From assembly GCA_964584035.1 (NCBI GenBank), contig CAZOYL010000020.1, forward strand, positions 1-29,308: a DNA stretch of 29,308 bases. Reading direction: 5' to 3'. How positions within the stretch are numbered: the first letter of the stretch is position 1; every line of letters begins with the position of its first letter. The translations under genes were made by a program, and so were the position numbers. The notes under the pieces were generated by a model. It did no database searches. It saw only the letters and a list, made by a program, of their open reading frames with translations, and had not been told where the DNA came from. This DNA is from an uncultured Gemmatimonadota bacterium (GTDB lineage Bacteria; SM23-81). This document shows, one piece after another, positions 7,855 to 17,454 of this stretch.

Positions 7855-10503
7855 TTACGCCGACAACATCTTCAGGTTCTGGTTCAGCTTCTCCAATTGC
7901 TGGCCCAGCTCTTCTTCTTTCGATCGTTCCCGGCCGACCACCTCTTGGGGAGCTTTACGGACAAACTGCTCATTGTTCAGTTTCCGGCGGACCGTATCCA
8001 GCAGGCCGGTGATTCGTTCTACTTCCTTCTGAAGCCGCTGACGTTCCGCCTCCAGATCGATGAGATCTTCCAGGGGCACGAACACCTCCACGTCCTTGAC
8101 CACGGCGGTGGCGCAGGTCTTCGTTTTTTCCACCTCCCGCCCCATGACCACCCGGTCCACCTTGGCCAGGTCCAGCAGCGACCGGTTATCCTCCATTTGC
8201 TGCAAGAGCTTATCATCCTCTATCCTCAGGAGAACGGTGGCCTGACGAGCCGGCGGGACCCCCATCTCGGCCCTGATATTACGCACCGCCACAATGATAT
8301 CGCGGAGATGCTCCACCACGGCCTCGGCCGGCCGGTCCCGATCCTTGGATCGACCCTCGGGCCAGGGCGCCGTCATGATACTGCTCCCCTGATGGGGCAG
8401 CTGCTGCCAGATCTCCTCGGTGATGAACGGCATGAAGGGATGCAGCAGACGAAGGGCGCCCTCCAGCACGGTCATGGTCACCCACTGAGCGGCCTGGCGG
8501 TCCTGGGGCGATGCCGATCCATAGAGCCTGGGCTTGACCCACTCGAGGTACCAGTCACAGTATTGATGCCAGAAGAACTCATAGATGAGATGACCCGCCT
8601 CGTTGAGCCGGTACCGCTGTAGTGATCTGGTGACCTTGGCGGCCGTCTTCTCAAAAGAGCTCAGGATCCAGCGATCCACCAGGGATAACTGGATATTTTC
8701 CCGATCGAACTGTCCGGGATCGAAATCCTCGAGGTTCATCAGCACGAACCGGGAGGCATTCCAGATCTTATTGGCGAAATTCCTGCCGATGACCAGTTTC
8801 TCTTTGGAGAAATAGGCATCCTGTCCTTCGGCCGTAATCAAGATCATGCTCAGCCGCAGCGCGTCGGCGCCGAACTCCTCGATGATGGCGGTCGGATCCG
8901 GCGAATTCCCCAGGGATTTGCTCATCCAACGACCTTGCTCGTCCTTGACCATGCCGTTGATGTAGACCTCGGGGAAGGGCACATCCCCCATGAATTCCAT
9001 GGCCGCCATAACCATTCGGGCGACCCAGAAAAAGATGATATCAGGACCGGTCACCAGAACGTTGGTGGGGTAGAATGTTTTTAGATCGGGGGTTTTATCC
9101 GGCCACCCCAGTGTCGAAAAGGGCCACAGCCAGGATGAGAACCAGGTATCGAGAACATCCTCTTCCTGCCGGAGGTTGGTGCTCCGGCACTTGGTGCAGC
9201 CGGCCGGTTCCTCCCGGGCGGCAATGATCTCATCACAATCCTGACATTGCCAGATGGGAATACGATGGCCCCACCAGATCTGCCGGGAGATACACCAGTC
9301 GCGAATGTTCTCGATCCAGTTAAGATAGACCTTGGTCCAGCGTTTCGGGTAAAAGGCCAGGCGGCCATCCTGGGCCACTTTTTGGGCGGCCTCTGCCAGC
9401 GGTTTCATCTTGACGAACCACTGTTTGGACAAATAGGGCTCGATGGCCGTGTGACAGCGATAGCAATGTCCCAGAGCATGCTGGTGGGAGACCACCTTGA
9501 CCAGTAGGTCTCGCTCCTTGAGATCGGCCAGCAGCCGCTCACGGCATTCGAAACGATCCATTCCCTCGTAGTCGCCGGCGTGCTCGTTCATGGTCCCGTC
9601 GGCGTTCATGATGTTGATGAACTCCAATTGATGGCGCTGGCCCATCTCGAAGTCATTGGGATCGTGAGCCGGAGTGACCTTGACGATCCCGGTGCCGAAT
9701 TCCGGGTCCACGAAATCATCGGCGATGACGGGCAGGCGGCGTCCGACGATGGGCAGGATAACGCTCTTCTTCTGCAACTCTAGATATCTTTCGTCGGCAG
9801 GGTTCACGGCCACCGCGGTATCCCCCAGCATCGTCTCCGGCCGGGTGGTCGCCACCGTGATGAACTCGGTGCTGTCCTCGATGGGATATTTGATATACCA
9901 GAGGTGTCCGCCGAGATCCTGGTGCTGCACTTCCTCATCGGACAAAGCCGTTCGGCACCGGGGACACCAGTTGATGATATACTTCCCCCGATAGATCAGA
10001 CCCCTGTCATACAAGCGCACAAAAGCCTCCCGGACCGCCTTGGAGAGCCCCTCGTCCATGGTGAACCGCTCACGTTCCCAGTCACAGGAACAGCCCAGTG
10101 ATTGCAGCTGTCCGATGATCCTGCCGCCGTATTCGCCTTTCCATTCCCAGACCCGCTCCAGGAATTTTTCCCGGCCCAGATCCTCCCGGCTCAAGCCCTC
10201 CTTGGCCAGCATCTTTTCGACCACGTTCTGCGTGGCGATGCCGGCATGATCGGTTCCGGGCAGCCACAGGGTGTTCCGACCCTGCATTCGTTTCCAACGG
10301 ATCAGCACGTCCTGAATGGTATTGTTGAGCACATGTCCCATCGTCAGAATACCCGTCACATTGGGCGGGGGTATGACGATCGTGAACGACTCCTCCGGAT
10401 GAGCGGCGGAAGCGTGGAAGAGTCCCTCCTTCTTCCAGAAGGAGTACCACTTGCTCTCCACCTTTCGGGGATCGTAGCGCTTTTCCAGGTCCGTCTCGGC
10501 CAC
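7855..10503 (-). CDS. valS: Valine--tRNA ligase
   Basis: PPPNVTG, GTDHAGIATQ, ATTRPET, DWCISRQIWWGH, DVLDTWFSS, xMSKS, C-terminal coiled coil. GTG start follows GAGGTG. Confidence 0.98.
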   Translation of the reverse strand: MAETDLEKRYDPRKVESKWYSFWKKEGLFHASAAHPEESFTIVIPPPNVTGILTMGHVLNNTIQDVLIRWKRMQGRNTLWLPGTDHAGIATQNVVEKMLAKEGLSREDLGREKFLERVWEWKGEYGGRIIGQLQSLGCSCDWERERFTMDEGLSKAVREAFVRLYDRGLIYRGKYIINWCPRCRTALSDEEVQHQDLGGHLWYIKYPIEDSTEFITVATTRPETMLGDTAVAVNPADERYLELQKKSVILPIVGRRLPVIADDFVDPEFGTGIVKVTPAHDPNDFEMGQRHQLEFINIMNADGTMNEHAGDYEGMDRFECRERLLADLKERDLLVKVVSHQHALGHCYRCHTAIEPYLSKQWFVKMKPLAEAAQKVAQDGRLAFYPKRWTKVYLNWIENIRDWCISRQIWWGHRIPIWQCQDCDEIIAAREEPAGCTKCRSTNLRQEEDVLDTWFSSWLWPFSTLGWPDKTPDLKTFYPTNVLVTGPDIIFFWVARMVMAAMEFMGDVPFPEVYINGMVKDEQGRWMSKSLGNSPDPTAIIEEFGADALRLSMILITAEGQDAYFSKEKLVIGRNFANKIWNASRFVLMNLEDFDPGQFDRENIQLSLVDRWILSSFEKTAAKVTRSLQRYRLNEAGHLIYEFFWHQYCDWYLEWVKPRLYGSASPQDRQAAQWVTMTVLEGALRLLHPFMPFITEEIWQQLPHQGSSIMTAPWPEGRSKDRDRPAEAVVEHLRDIIVAVRNIRAEMGVPPARQATVLLRIEDDKLLQQMEDNRSLLDLAKVDRVVMGREVEKTKTCATAVVKDVEVFVPLEDLIDLEAERQRLQKEVERITGLLDTVRRKLNNEQFVRKAPQEVVGRERSKEEELGQQLEKLNQNLKMLSA

Positions 10504-10530
10504 CCGCCACCTCGCTTGTTGATATGGATC

Positions 10531-10583
10531 ACGCCCGGAGAACGCCGGGAGAACTCACCCTCGGGGACGCCCGGAGAACTCAC
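10531..10583. repeat. Three imperfect direct repeats ACGCC(C/G)GGAGAAC(TCAC) in the valS leader
   Basis: Copies at 10531-10543, 10542-10558 and 10567-10583. Confidence 0.75.
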
Positions 10584-10615
10584 TTGGCTATCCGGGTTAT
10601 CCCGATAAGTTTTCT

Positions 10616-10644
10616 AAAATAACATTCATACACCGTGCTGTCAA
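10616..10644 (-). promoter_or_regulatory. Sigma70 promoter upstream of valS
   Basis: TTGACA (10644-10639), 17 nt spacer, TATTTT (10621-10616), with extended TG. Confidence 0.7.
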
Positions 10645-10670
10645 CACGTTTATTCCCATCCTCCAGATGG

Positions 10671-11291
10671 TCAGCCGAATCGGTCGCCGTGAGCATCTTG
10701 TAACAGCCGGGTCCAGGCCTTTTGGACCTGTCTGCGAAGGTCCTCCCGGGTGCCATCGTTGACGATGACGACATCGGCCTGTTTGATCTTTTCGGCGGGA
10801 GGCAGCTGAGCGGCGGCCCGGGCTCGGAACTCCTCGTCACTGATCCCCCGGTCGTTCTGCAACCGGTGAGATCGGAGCTTTTCGGGGGCCGTCACGACCA
10901 CCAGGCGGTCGATCATGTATAAGGCCTGGCATTCCACCAGCAAAGCAGCATCCAGCACTACGATACCGTCGTATCCGCTGCGCCGAATCTGTTCCAGAAG
11001 CTCCCTGGTTCGAGCCAGAATGGGCGGGTGCAGGAGTCCATTGAGCCGTTGACGGGAGTGCCGATCGCGGAACGCCCGGCGCCCCAGCTCTCTTCGTCTC
11101 AGGGAACCGTCCGGCGCCAGGATATCCTCTCCAAACGCCCGGACGAGCTCCTGCAGCAGGCCGGTATCGTTCCGGAGCACTTCCCTGGCGATCGCATCGG
11201 CGTCCAGAACCCGGGCGCCCAGCGCAGCCATCATCCCGCTGACGGTGCTTTTTCCGGCACCGATCCCTCCGGTGACGCCGATAACCAGCAT
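10671..11291 (-). CDS. coaE: Dephospho-CoA kinase
   Basis: IGVTGGIGAGKST P-loop, DADAIAR, LLHPPI, AQLP...K...ADVVIVNDG. Canonical polA-coaE order. Confidence 0.95.
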   Translation of the reverse strand: MLVIGVTGGIGAGKSTVSGMMAALGARVLDADAIAREVLRNDTGLLQELVRAFGEDILAPDGSLRRRELGRRAFRDRHSRQRLNGLLHPPILARTRELLEQIRRSGYDGIVVLDAALLVECQALYMIDRLVVVTAPEKLRSHRLQNDRGISDEEFRARAAAQLPPAEKIKQADVVIVNDGTREDLRRQVQKAWTRLLQDAHGDRFG

Positions 11292-11303
11292 ACCCGTAAC
11301 CTC

Positions 11304-13988
11304 TTAATGAGCCTCGTACCAGGTTCGCCCGGACCCCACATCCACCCTGATGGGCACGCTCAAGGTGAGGGCGCTCTCCATGTTCGAGCGCACCAATGAT
11401 GTCACCTCGGTCAGTTCCTTCCGGGGCACCTCAAAGACCAATTCGTCGTGTATCTGAATAATCATCCTGCTTGCTAACTTGCCATCCAAAAAGGCGTTTT
11501 GAATGCGGATCATGGCCAGCTTGATCAGGTCGGCGGCCGTTCCCTGGATGGGCGTGTTGATCGCCGTTCGCCGCGCGAAGGCCGCCACCTGGGCCTGATC
11601 GCTCTGCAGCTCGGGAAGATACCGACGGCGGCCCAATAACGTGGTGACATAGCCCCGCTCTTCGGCCATCTCAACGGTCCGTTCCATATACTGACGCACA
11701 TTGGGATAGAGCTCGAAATAGCTGTTGATGAAGCGGGCCGCTTCCTGCGGGCTGATCTCCAGCTGTTTGGCCAATCCGTAAGGGCTCATACCGTAAATAA
11801 TTCCGAAATTCACCGTCTTGGCTTGCCGGCGCAGTTCAGCGGTGACCTCCTTCTCCGGCACGCCGAAGACGGCGGCCGCGGTTCGAGTGTGGATGTCCGC
11901 ATTCTGGCCGAAGGCCTCCAGCAAAGTTACGTCCTGCGAGAGGTGGGCCATGATGCGCAGCTCGATCTGGGAGTAATCGGCCGAGAGGATCACATGATTC
12001 CTGTCCGGGGCCACAAAGGCCTTCCGGATCGTTTTGCTGAACTCGGTGCGTATGGGAATGTTCTGTAGATTGGGCTGGCTGCTGGAGAGGCGCCCGGTGG
12101 CCGTCACCGTCTGGTTGAAAGAGGTGTGAATCCGGTGGGTCTGCGGGTTGACCATGCGGGGCAATGCGTCCACGTAGGTGGACTTGAGCTTCATCAGCTG
12201 GCGATACTCGAGGAGTTTGCGCGGTAGAGGATGGTCCCGGGAGAGCTCCTCCAGGACGCTCTCATCGGTCGAAAAGCCGGTTTTCGTGCGGCGCATCACG
12301 GGGAGCTCAAGCTTCTCGAACAAGATATGACTCAACTGCTTAGGAGAATTAATGTTGAACTCCTGGCCGGCGGCCCGGTAGATCTCCTCGACCAGCTTAC
12401 GCAGCTCGACGTCCATCTCGGCCGACATCTGCCGGAGAAAATCGACATCCAGCTGCACGCCCGTCATCTCCATCTCCGACAGGACGCTGATCAGGGGCAT
12501 TTCCACCCGGGTGAAAAGATCCTCCAGATCCAGCTCCCGCAGCTTGTCCTTCATGAGATGCCACAGCCGCAGCGTGCAGTCGGCATCCTCGCCGGCATAG
12601 TCAGCCGCATCCTTGGCAGGCACCTCGGCAAAACTCTTTTGTGACTTCCCTTTACCGATGAGACGCTGCAGCGGAATCTTCTTCTGCCCTAAATATTCCA
12701 GGCTGACCAGATCCAGATTATGCCGCCGGGCTGAAGGATTGACCAGATAGGAGGCCACCATGGTATCGAAGGCGATGCCCTCCAGCGGACAGCCGTGCCG
12801 TTTCAGTACGGTCAGATCATATTTGATATTATGACCACATTTCTCGATGCCGGGGTCCGCCAGGAGAGTCCGCAGCCGGTTCAGCACCTTGTCCCGATCC
12901 AGGTTGGGCCCATCGCGGTGCCCCACTGGAAGGTAATAGGCGCCTCCGGGGCGGACGGCAAAGGCCAGCCCGACCAGCTCGGCCGCCATGGGATCCGTGG
13001 AAGTGGTCTCGGTATCCAGCACAAAGGCACCGGCCTTTTTGAGCATCTCCAGAAGATCAGAGAATTCATTCCAGGTGGTCACCAGCGAACAGTTCAGCGG
13101 TTGGTCCCCCCCCTCCACCGAAACATCCCGCAGGAGGCTGGTGAACTCCAGTTCACGAAACAGCTCCACCAGCCTGCCGGCATCGTAATGACCAAGGGCC
13201 AGCTTTTGGAGGTCCAGGTCCATTTTCAGCCCGGTCTCCAGGCGAACCAGATCCCTCGACATTCGGGCCTGCTCGGCATGTTTCAACAATCCCTCCCGGA
13301 CCCGTTTGTTGGTCAGCTCGGCGGCATGCTCGATGACCGACTCAAGATCTCCCTGTTCCTGAATGAGCTTGCGGGCCGTCTTGTCTCCGATCCCGGGCAC
13401 GCCGGGGACATGATCGGAAGCGTCTCCTTTCAGGCCCATGAAATCCACGATCTGTCCGGGTTCCAGGCCAAACCGCCGGCGAACGCCCTCGGCATCATAC
13501 AGCACCTCACCCTCCCCACCCCGCCGCGGGTCCAGAACTCTGACCCTTTCGGTGACCAGCTGAAGGAGATCCTTGTCTCCGGTCACCAGGATGACGTCCA
13601 GATTTTTCTTCTCGGCCTGGCGAGCCAGCGAGGCCATCACATCGTCAGCCTCGTATCCCTCCCGTTCCATCGCCGGGATGTTCAGAGCCGATACGACCTG
13701 ATGAATGCGAGGCATCTGCTCCCGCATCGGATCAGGCATCTTGGCCCGGGTGGATTTATACTCCGGATATATCCGATGGCGAAAAGTGGGTTTAGAGGTG
13801 TCGAAGACGACCGCCAGATAATCAGGTTTATGTTCCCGGATGATCTTGAGCAGGGCGCTGGAAAAACCATACACCGCGCTGGTATTTTCGCCCTTGCTGT
13901 TGATCAGAGGATTGCGGATGAAGGCGAAGTACGAACGGTAGGCCAGCGCATGGCCGTCGATGAGAAACAATCGTTTCCTGGAAACCAT
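11304..13988 (-). CDS. polA: DNA polymerase I (5'-3' exonuclease, 3'-5' exonuclease and polymerase domains)
   Basis: LIDGHALAYR, EADDV, LDTETT / HNIKYD / YAGEDAD (proofreading acidic residues intact), ADYSQIELR, AKTVNFGIIYG, QIHDEL. ATG 13988 follows GGGGAG. ATG 14015, overlapping the prmC stop, is an alternative start. Confidence 0.97.
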   Translation of the reverse strand: MVSRKRLFLIDGHALAYRSYFAFIRNPLINSKGENTSAVYGFSSALLKIIREHKPDYLAVVFDTSKPTFRHRIYPEYKSTRAKMPDPMREQMPRIHQVVSALNIPAMEREGYEADDVMASLARQAEKKNLDVILVTGDKDLLQLVTERVRVLDPRRGGEGEVLYDAEGVRRRFGLEPGQIVDFMGLKGDASDHVPGVPGIGDKTARKLIQEQGDLESVIEHAAELTNKRVREGLLKHAEQARMSRDLVRLETGLKMDLDLQKLALGHYDAGRLVELFRELEFTSLLRDVSVEGGDQPLNCSLVTTWNEFSDLLEMLKKAGAFVLDTETTSTDPMAAELVGLAFAVRPGGAYYLPVGHRDGPNLDRDKVLNRLRTLLADPGIEKCGHNIKYDLTVLKRHGCPLEGIAFDTMVASYLVNPSARRHNLDLVSLEYLGQKKIPLQRLIGKGKSQKSFAEVPAKDAADYAGEDADCTLRLWHLMKDKLRELDLEDLFTRVEMPLISVLSEMEMTGVQLDVDFLRQMSAEMDVELRKLVEEIYRAAGQEFNINSPKQLSHILFEKLELPVMRRTKTGFSTDESVLEELSRDHPLPRKLLEYRQLMKLKSTYVDALPRMVNPQTHRIHTSFNQTVTATGRLSSSQPNLQNIPIRTEFSKTIRKAFVAPDRNHVILSADYSQIELRIMAHLSQDVTLLEAFGQNADIHTRTAAAVFGVPEKEVTAELRRQAKTVNFGIIYGMSPYGLAKQLEISPQEAARFINSYFELYPNVRQYMERTVEMAEERGYVTTLLGRRRYLPELQSDQAQVAAFARRTAINTPIQGTAADLIKLAMIRIQNAFLDGKLASRMIIQIHDELVFEVPRKELTEVTSLVRSNMESALTLSVPIRVDVGSGRTWYEAH

Positions 13989-14011
13989 AGCCGTCTCCCC
14001 CCGGTGCGGCA

Positions 14012-14953
14012 TCATGCTGCCCTGGGATGGGAAATCCTCCGAGCCAGGATCACTCGAGGGATCCCGGCGTAATCGGCCACCGACTCAGCCTGACGATAGG
14101 TTCCCATTCGGGTGATCATCGTTTTGACTTTCTCCGCCTGCCCGTCAGCGACCTCGAGAGCCAGCCATCCATCCGGGGCCAGCGCATCGGCCGCCTGTGC
14201 GACGATCCGGCGGACGATCTCCAGGCCGTCGCGGCCGCCATCCAGCGCCATCCGGGGTTCGTGATCGCGGATCTCGGCCGGCAATCCGTCCAGCTCGGCG
14301 GTGGTCACATAGGGAGGATTGGAAACGATCGCTGCGAAAAGACCTCGCTGAGGACGAAGGGGGGCCAGGAGATCGCCCCGAAGAAAACGGATGCGAGCCT
14401 CCACGCCGTGGTGCCTGGCATTCCCTTGAGCCAGGGCCAATGCCTCCGGGGAAAGATCCGTCGCCCACAGCCTGGCTTTCGGCAGATGGACGGCCAGGGT
14501 AATGGCAATATTTCCGCACCCGGTGCCCACATCGGCCACTGCCAGATCCTCTTTCTGGCGGTCGAGACGTTCCAGAAGCGCATCCACTAAAATCTCTGTC
14601 TCGGGTCTGGGGATCAAAGCGGCGGGAGTGACCTGGAAGGTCAAAGAATGGAATTCGGTCTGCCCGGTGAGGTATTGCAGCGGTTGGCCGTCCCGGCGAC
14701 GGTCAATGAGCATTCGAAATGCAGATACTTCCTGATCGGCCAGGGGTCGATCGAAGTGCAGGTAGAGATCGACGCGACTGAGATGGAGAATCGTCCCCAG
14801 CAGGATTTCCGCGTTCAGCCTGGCATTCTCTAGGCCCTTCCCTTCGAGATATTTGGCAGCCCGGTTGAGAATCTCTCCAATGGTGTACACCCTCGGCCCC
14901 CAATCCAGCAGGGGAAGTTCCTCAGTCGCCGTCTTCGTCCGGTGCTCCGGCAT
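14012..14953 (-). CDS. prmC: Peptide chain release factor N5-glutamine methyltransferase
   Basis: PLQYLTG, LIPRPETE, DVGTGCG, SNPPY, ALDGGRDGL. The true start may be GTG 14890. Confidence 0.95.
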   Translation of the reverse strand: MPEHRTKTATEELPLLDWGPRVYTIGEILNRAAKYLEGKGLENARLNAEILLGTILHLSRVDLYLHFDRPLADQEVSAFRMLIDRRRDGQPLQYLTGQTEFHSLTFQVTPAALIPRPETEILVDALLERLDRQKEDLAVADVGTGCGNIAITLAVHLPKARLWATDLSPEALALAQGNARHHGVEARIRFLRGDLLAPLRPQRGLFAAIVSNPPYVTTAELDGLPAEIRDHEPRMALDGGRDGLEIVRRIVAQAADALAPDGWLALEVADGQAEKVKTMITRMGTYRQAESVADYAGIPRVILARRISHPRAA

Positions 14954-15221
14954 TCTGTAAACGTTTTTCCGCTTCCTTCAACCTGGCAGTGATGGTCTCA
15001 AGTTCCGTCTCCACCATCTGGAGCTGGCGATTCTTCTCGCGAATTCTGATCCGGAGATTATCCAGCCTCTCCCGATCGCTCCCGGAAAGGGATTTTTCCA
15101 ACAGACTCAGCACAATATCCCGCTCCGAAAGGAGAAACGCCCGCACCTGCAGGGTTTTCTGATATTCCTTGTTAAGGCTCTCGACCTGTTTTTCCCGCTC
15201 TTCCTGGGCCCTCTTGCTCAT
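14922..15221 (-). CDS. Hypothetical 99-aa coiled-coil protein
   Basis: Fills the prfA-prmC gap on the operon strand. Purine-rich RBS (GAGGGTAGG). E/K/R/L/Q-rich heptad pattern. Confidence 0.7.
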   Translation of the reverse strand: MSKRAQEEREKQVESLNKEYQKTLQVRAFLLSERDIVLSLLEKSLSGSDRERLDNLRIRIREKNRQLQMVETELETITARLKEAEKRLQNAGAPDEDGD

Positions 15222-15317
15222 CGGCCTACCCTCATTCTCCTGCGAGATGGACGGGCACCATATCGATCCTCACCGATCGCCGAAGAAGCGTCGGCCTGGA
15301 TGCCGGAGAACAACTCC

Positions 15318-16400
15318 TCAGACTCTGGACTGTTCCACATCGGCCTGTTCCAATCTCATCTTTCTTTCGGCGGCCTGGAGGGCTTCAACCAGCTCATCCA
15401 GTTCTCCGTCGAGGATCTCCTCCAAGCGGTAGAGGGTCAGATTCACGCGGTGATCAGTCACCCGGTTCTGGGGAAAATTATAGGTCCGTATCTTGGCGCT
15501 GCGGTCACCGCTGCCCACCTGCAAGCGGCGTGTGGCGGCCATTTTCTCTTCCTGCTCACGGTGAGCACGATCCAGGAGTCTGGCTCTGAGCACCTTGAGG
15601 GCTTTGGCTTTATTCTTATGCTGCGATTTTTCATCCTGGCAGGTGGCCACGACGCCCGTGGGGATATGGGTGATGCGTACGGCTGAATCGGTGGTATTGA
15701 CGCTCTGCCCACCGGGTCCGGAGGAGCGGAATACGTCGATCCGAAGATCCCTGGGCTCGATCTGAACCTCCACCTCCTCGGGTTCGGAAAGGACCACCAC
15801 CGATGCGGCCGAGGTGTGAATGCGCCCGCTAGCCTCCGTCTCAGGCACCCGCTGGACGCGATGAACCCCGCTTTCGAACCGAAGCCGGCCGAATACGCCG
15901 ACGCCCTCCAGGGCAAAGATGATCTCCTTGAATCCGCCGACCTCGGTGGGATTGGAGCTCATGATCTCCTGGCGCCAGCCCTGTTTTTCAGCATAACGGG
16001 CATACATGCGGTACAGATCGGCCACGAAAAGACTGGCCTCATGGCCGCCGGTGCCCGCTCGTATCTCCATCAGAGCATTACCTTTATCCCGGGGATGCGG
16101 CGGCACGAGGAAGAGCTTGAGTTGCTCCTCAAGGGCGGCCAACGTTCCCTCCAGCTCCTCGATCTCCTCCCGCGCCAGATCGGCCAGATCTTCCTCCGAA
16201 GAAGCCAGTAACGTCTTATCCTGTTCGATCTTCTGAGAGACACGCTGATATTTCCTGGCCACCTCGACGATATCCGCCAGTTCCCGGTATTCGCGCACCA
16301 GCTGACCGTAACGTTCCCGGTCCGATAGCGTTTCAGGATCGGCCAGGATCTCTTGAAGCTCGGTATGCCGGTCCAGAACCTGCTGGATCTTGGTCAGCAT
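15318..16400 (-). CDS. prfA: Peptide chain release factor 1
   Basis: EIRAGTGGHEA, ESGVHRVQRVPETE (PxT motif), GPGGQSVN, IRTYNFPQNRVTDHR. Confidence 0.97.
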   Translation of the reverse strand: MLTKIQQVLDRHTELQEILADPETLSDRERYGQLVREYRELADIVEVARKYQRVSQKIEQDKTLLASSEEDLADLAREEIEELEGTLAALEEQLKLFLVPPHPRDKGNALMEIRAGTGGHEASLFVADLYRMYARYAEKQGWRQEIMSSNPTEVGGFKEIIFALEGVGVFGRLRFESGVHRVQRVPETEASGRIHTSAASVVVLSEPEEVEVQIEPRDLRIDVFRSSGPGGQSVNTTDSAVRITHIPTGVVATCQDEKSQHKNKAKALKVLRARLLDRAHREQEEKMAATRRLQVGSGDRSAKIRTYNFPQNRVTDHRVNLTLYRLEEILDGELDELVEALQAAERKMRLEQADVEQSRV

Positions 16401-16453
16401 GATACCTTCAACTCCTCGGCGGCCGCCTGATCAGCAGGTGAATCGCCACTCTT

Positions 16454-17362
16454 TCAGGGGGCCAGCGCTTCCCTCAGCGCCACCAGAGCCACGGCCAACT
16501 GATCATCGCTGGGTTCCCTGGTGGTAATTCTCTGCAGCCACAGACCCGGACTCATGAGGAACCGGATCACGGGCTGATGGCGCGAGCGCCCCGAGAATTT
16601 GAGCAGCTCATAGGAGCTGCCGGCCACCAGTGGAAGCAGAAGAAAATGGATCAGCAGCCGCTGGAAAAGGCCGGGCAGATGACCCGTTTTCCAGGAAAAA
16701 ACCGTGTCCGCCAAAGCGAAAATGACGATGGCCACCAGGGCGACGATCAGCAGGAAACTGGTCCCGCATCGGGGATGCCGGGTGCTGAATTGTCGGACGG
16801 CATCGGGAGTCAGCTCCTGCCCCTCCTCGTAAGCATAAATCGACTTATGCTCGGCTCCGTGATATTCGAAAATTCGACGAAGTTCTCCGAACTGAGAAAT
16901 TGTCCAGACATAGGCCAGGAACAGAATAATTCGGATAGCCCCGGCCACCAGATTAAATCCCACAGCTCCCCGGTGAATCTTCAGCAATGAGGTCAGCAGC
17001 AAAGGAACGAAAAAGAATATGGCCAGCCCCAGGGCCAGCCCAACGATCAGACTGAAGATGAGAAACACACTTCCGCTGCTTTTCTTCTTCTCCCGGCCAT
17101 TTTCCTCGAGGTCTTCCATGGCCGCCTCGGCGGAATAATTCAATGTCTTCATACCGATGATGAGCATCTCAAAAAAGGATACCACTCCCCTGAGAAGCGG
17201 CCATCCCAGAACGCGATACCGTTTTGTTAAAGCAATGTACGGTTCGTTCTTGACCGTGATCTGGCCGTCCTTACGGCGAACCGCCGTGACGATCCGCCGG
17301 GGGGAACGCATCATTACCCCCTCGATGACGGCCTGTCCGCCCACCTCAATCTTCTCGGACAT
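16454..17362 (-). CDS. DUF1385 domain membrane protein (putative metal-dependent enzyme)
   Basis: GGQAVIEGVMMR, FEYHGAEHK, HPRCGTSF, PGLWLQRITTREP. Typical rpmE-DUF1385-prfA/prmC context. Confidence 0.92.
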   Translation of the reverse strand: MSEKIEVGGQAVIEGVMMRSPRRIVTAVRRKDGQITVKNEPYIALTKRYRVLGWPLLRGVVSFFEMLIIGMKTLNYSAEAAMEDLEENGREKKKSSGSVFLIFSLIVGLALGLAIFFFVPLLLTSLLKIHRGAVGFNLVAGAIRIILFLAYVWTISQFGELRRIFEYHGAEHKSIYAYEEGQELTPDAVRQFSTRHPRCGTSFLLIVALVAIVIFALADTVFSWKTGHLPGLFQRLLIHFLLLPLVAGSSYELLKFSGRSRHQPVIRFLMSPGLWLQRITTREPSDDQLAVALVALREALAP

Positions 17363-17393
17363 TTTAAGCTCTCCACCTCACCGTCCGGATACG

Positions 17394-17445
17394 AAAAGAG
17401 CGCTGGGATGGCCCAGGGAGGCCATAATACAGACACCAGCGCCCC
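17394..17445 (-). terminator. Probable intrinsic terminator after rpmE
   Basis: Minus strand: outer stem GGGCGCTGG/CCAGCGCTC enclosing ATGGCC/GGCCAT, followed by TTTT. Confidence 0.5.
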
Positions 17446-17454
17446 AATACAAAG

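Noticed and set aside
10356..10583. 75-aa ORF overlapping the valS start as an attenuator peptide
   Set aside because: Not Val-rich, no RBS and no terminator. It arises from the repeats.
10531..10583. CRISPR-like mini array
   Set aside because: Units are only 13-17 nt with 0-8 nt spacing and there are no cas genes.
5304..14072. Plus-strand ORFs 5304-6215, 7594-8622 and 12795-14072
   Set aside because: They lie antisense to well-supported genes and have no protein-family features.
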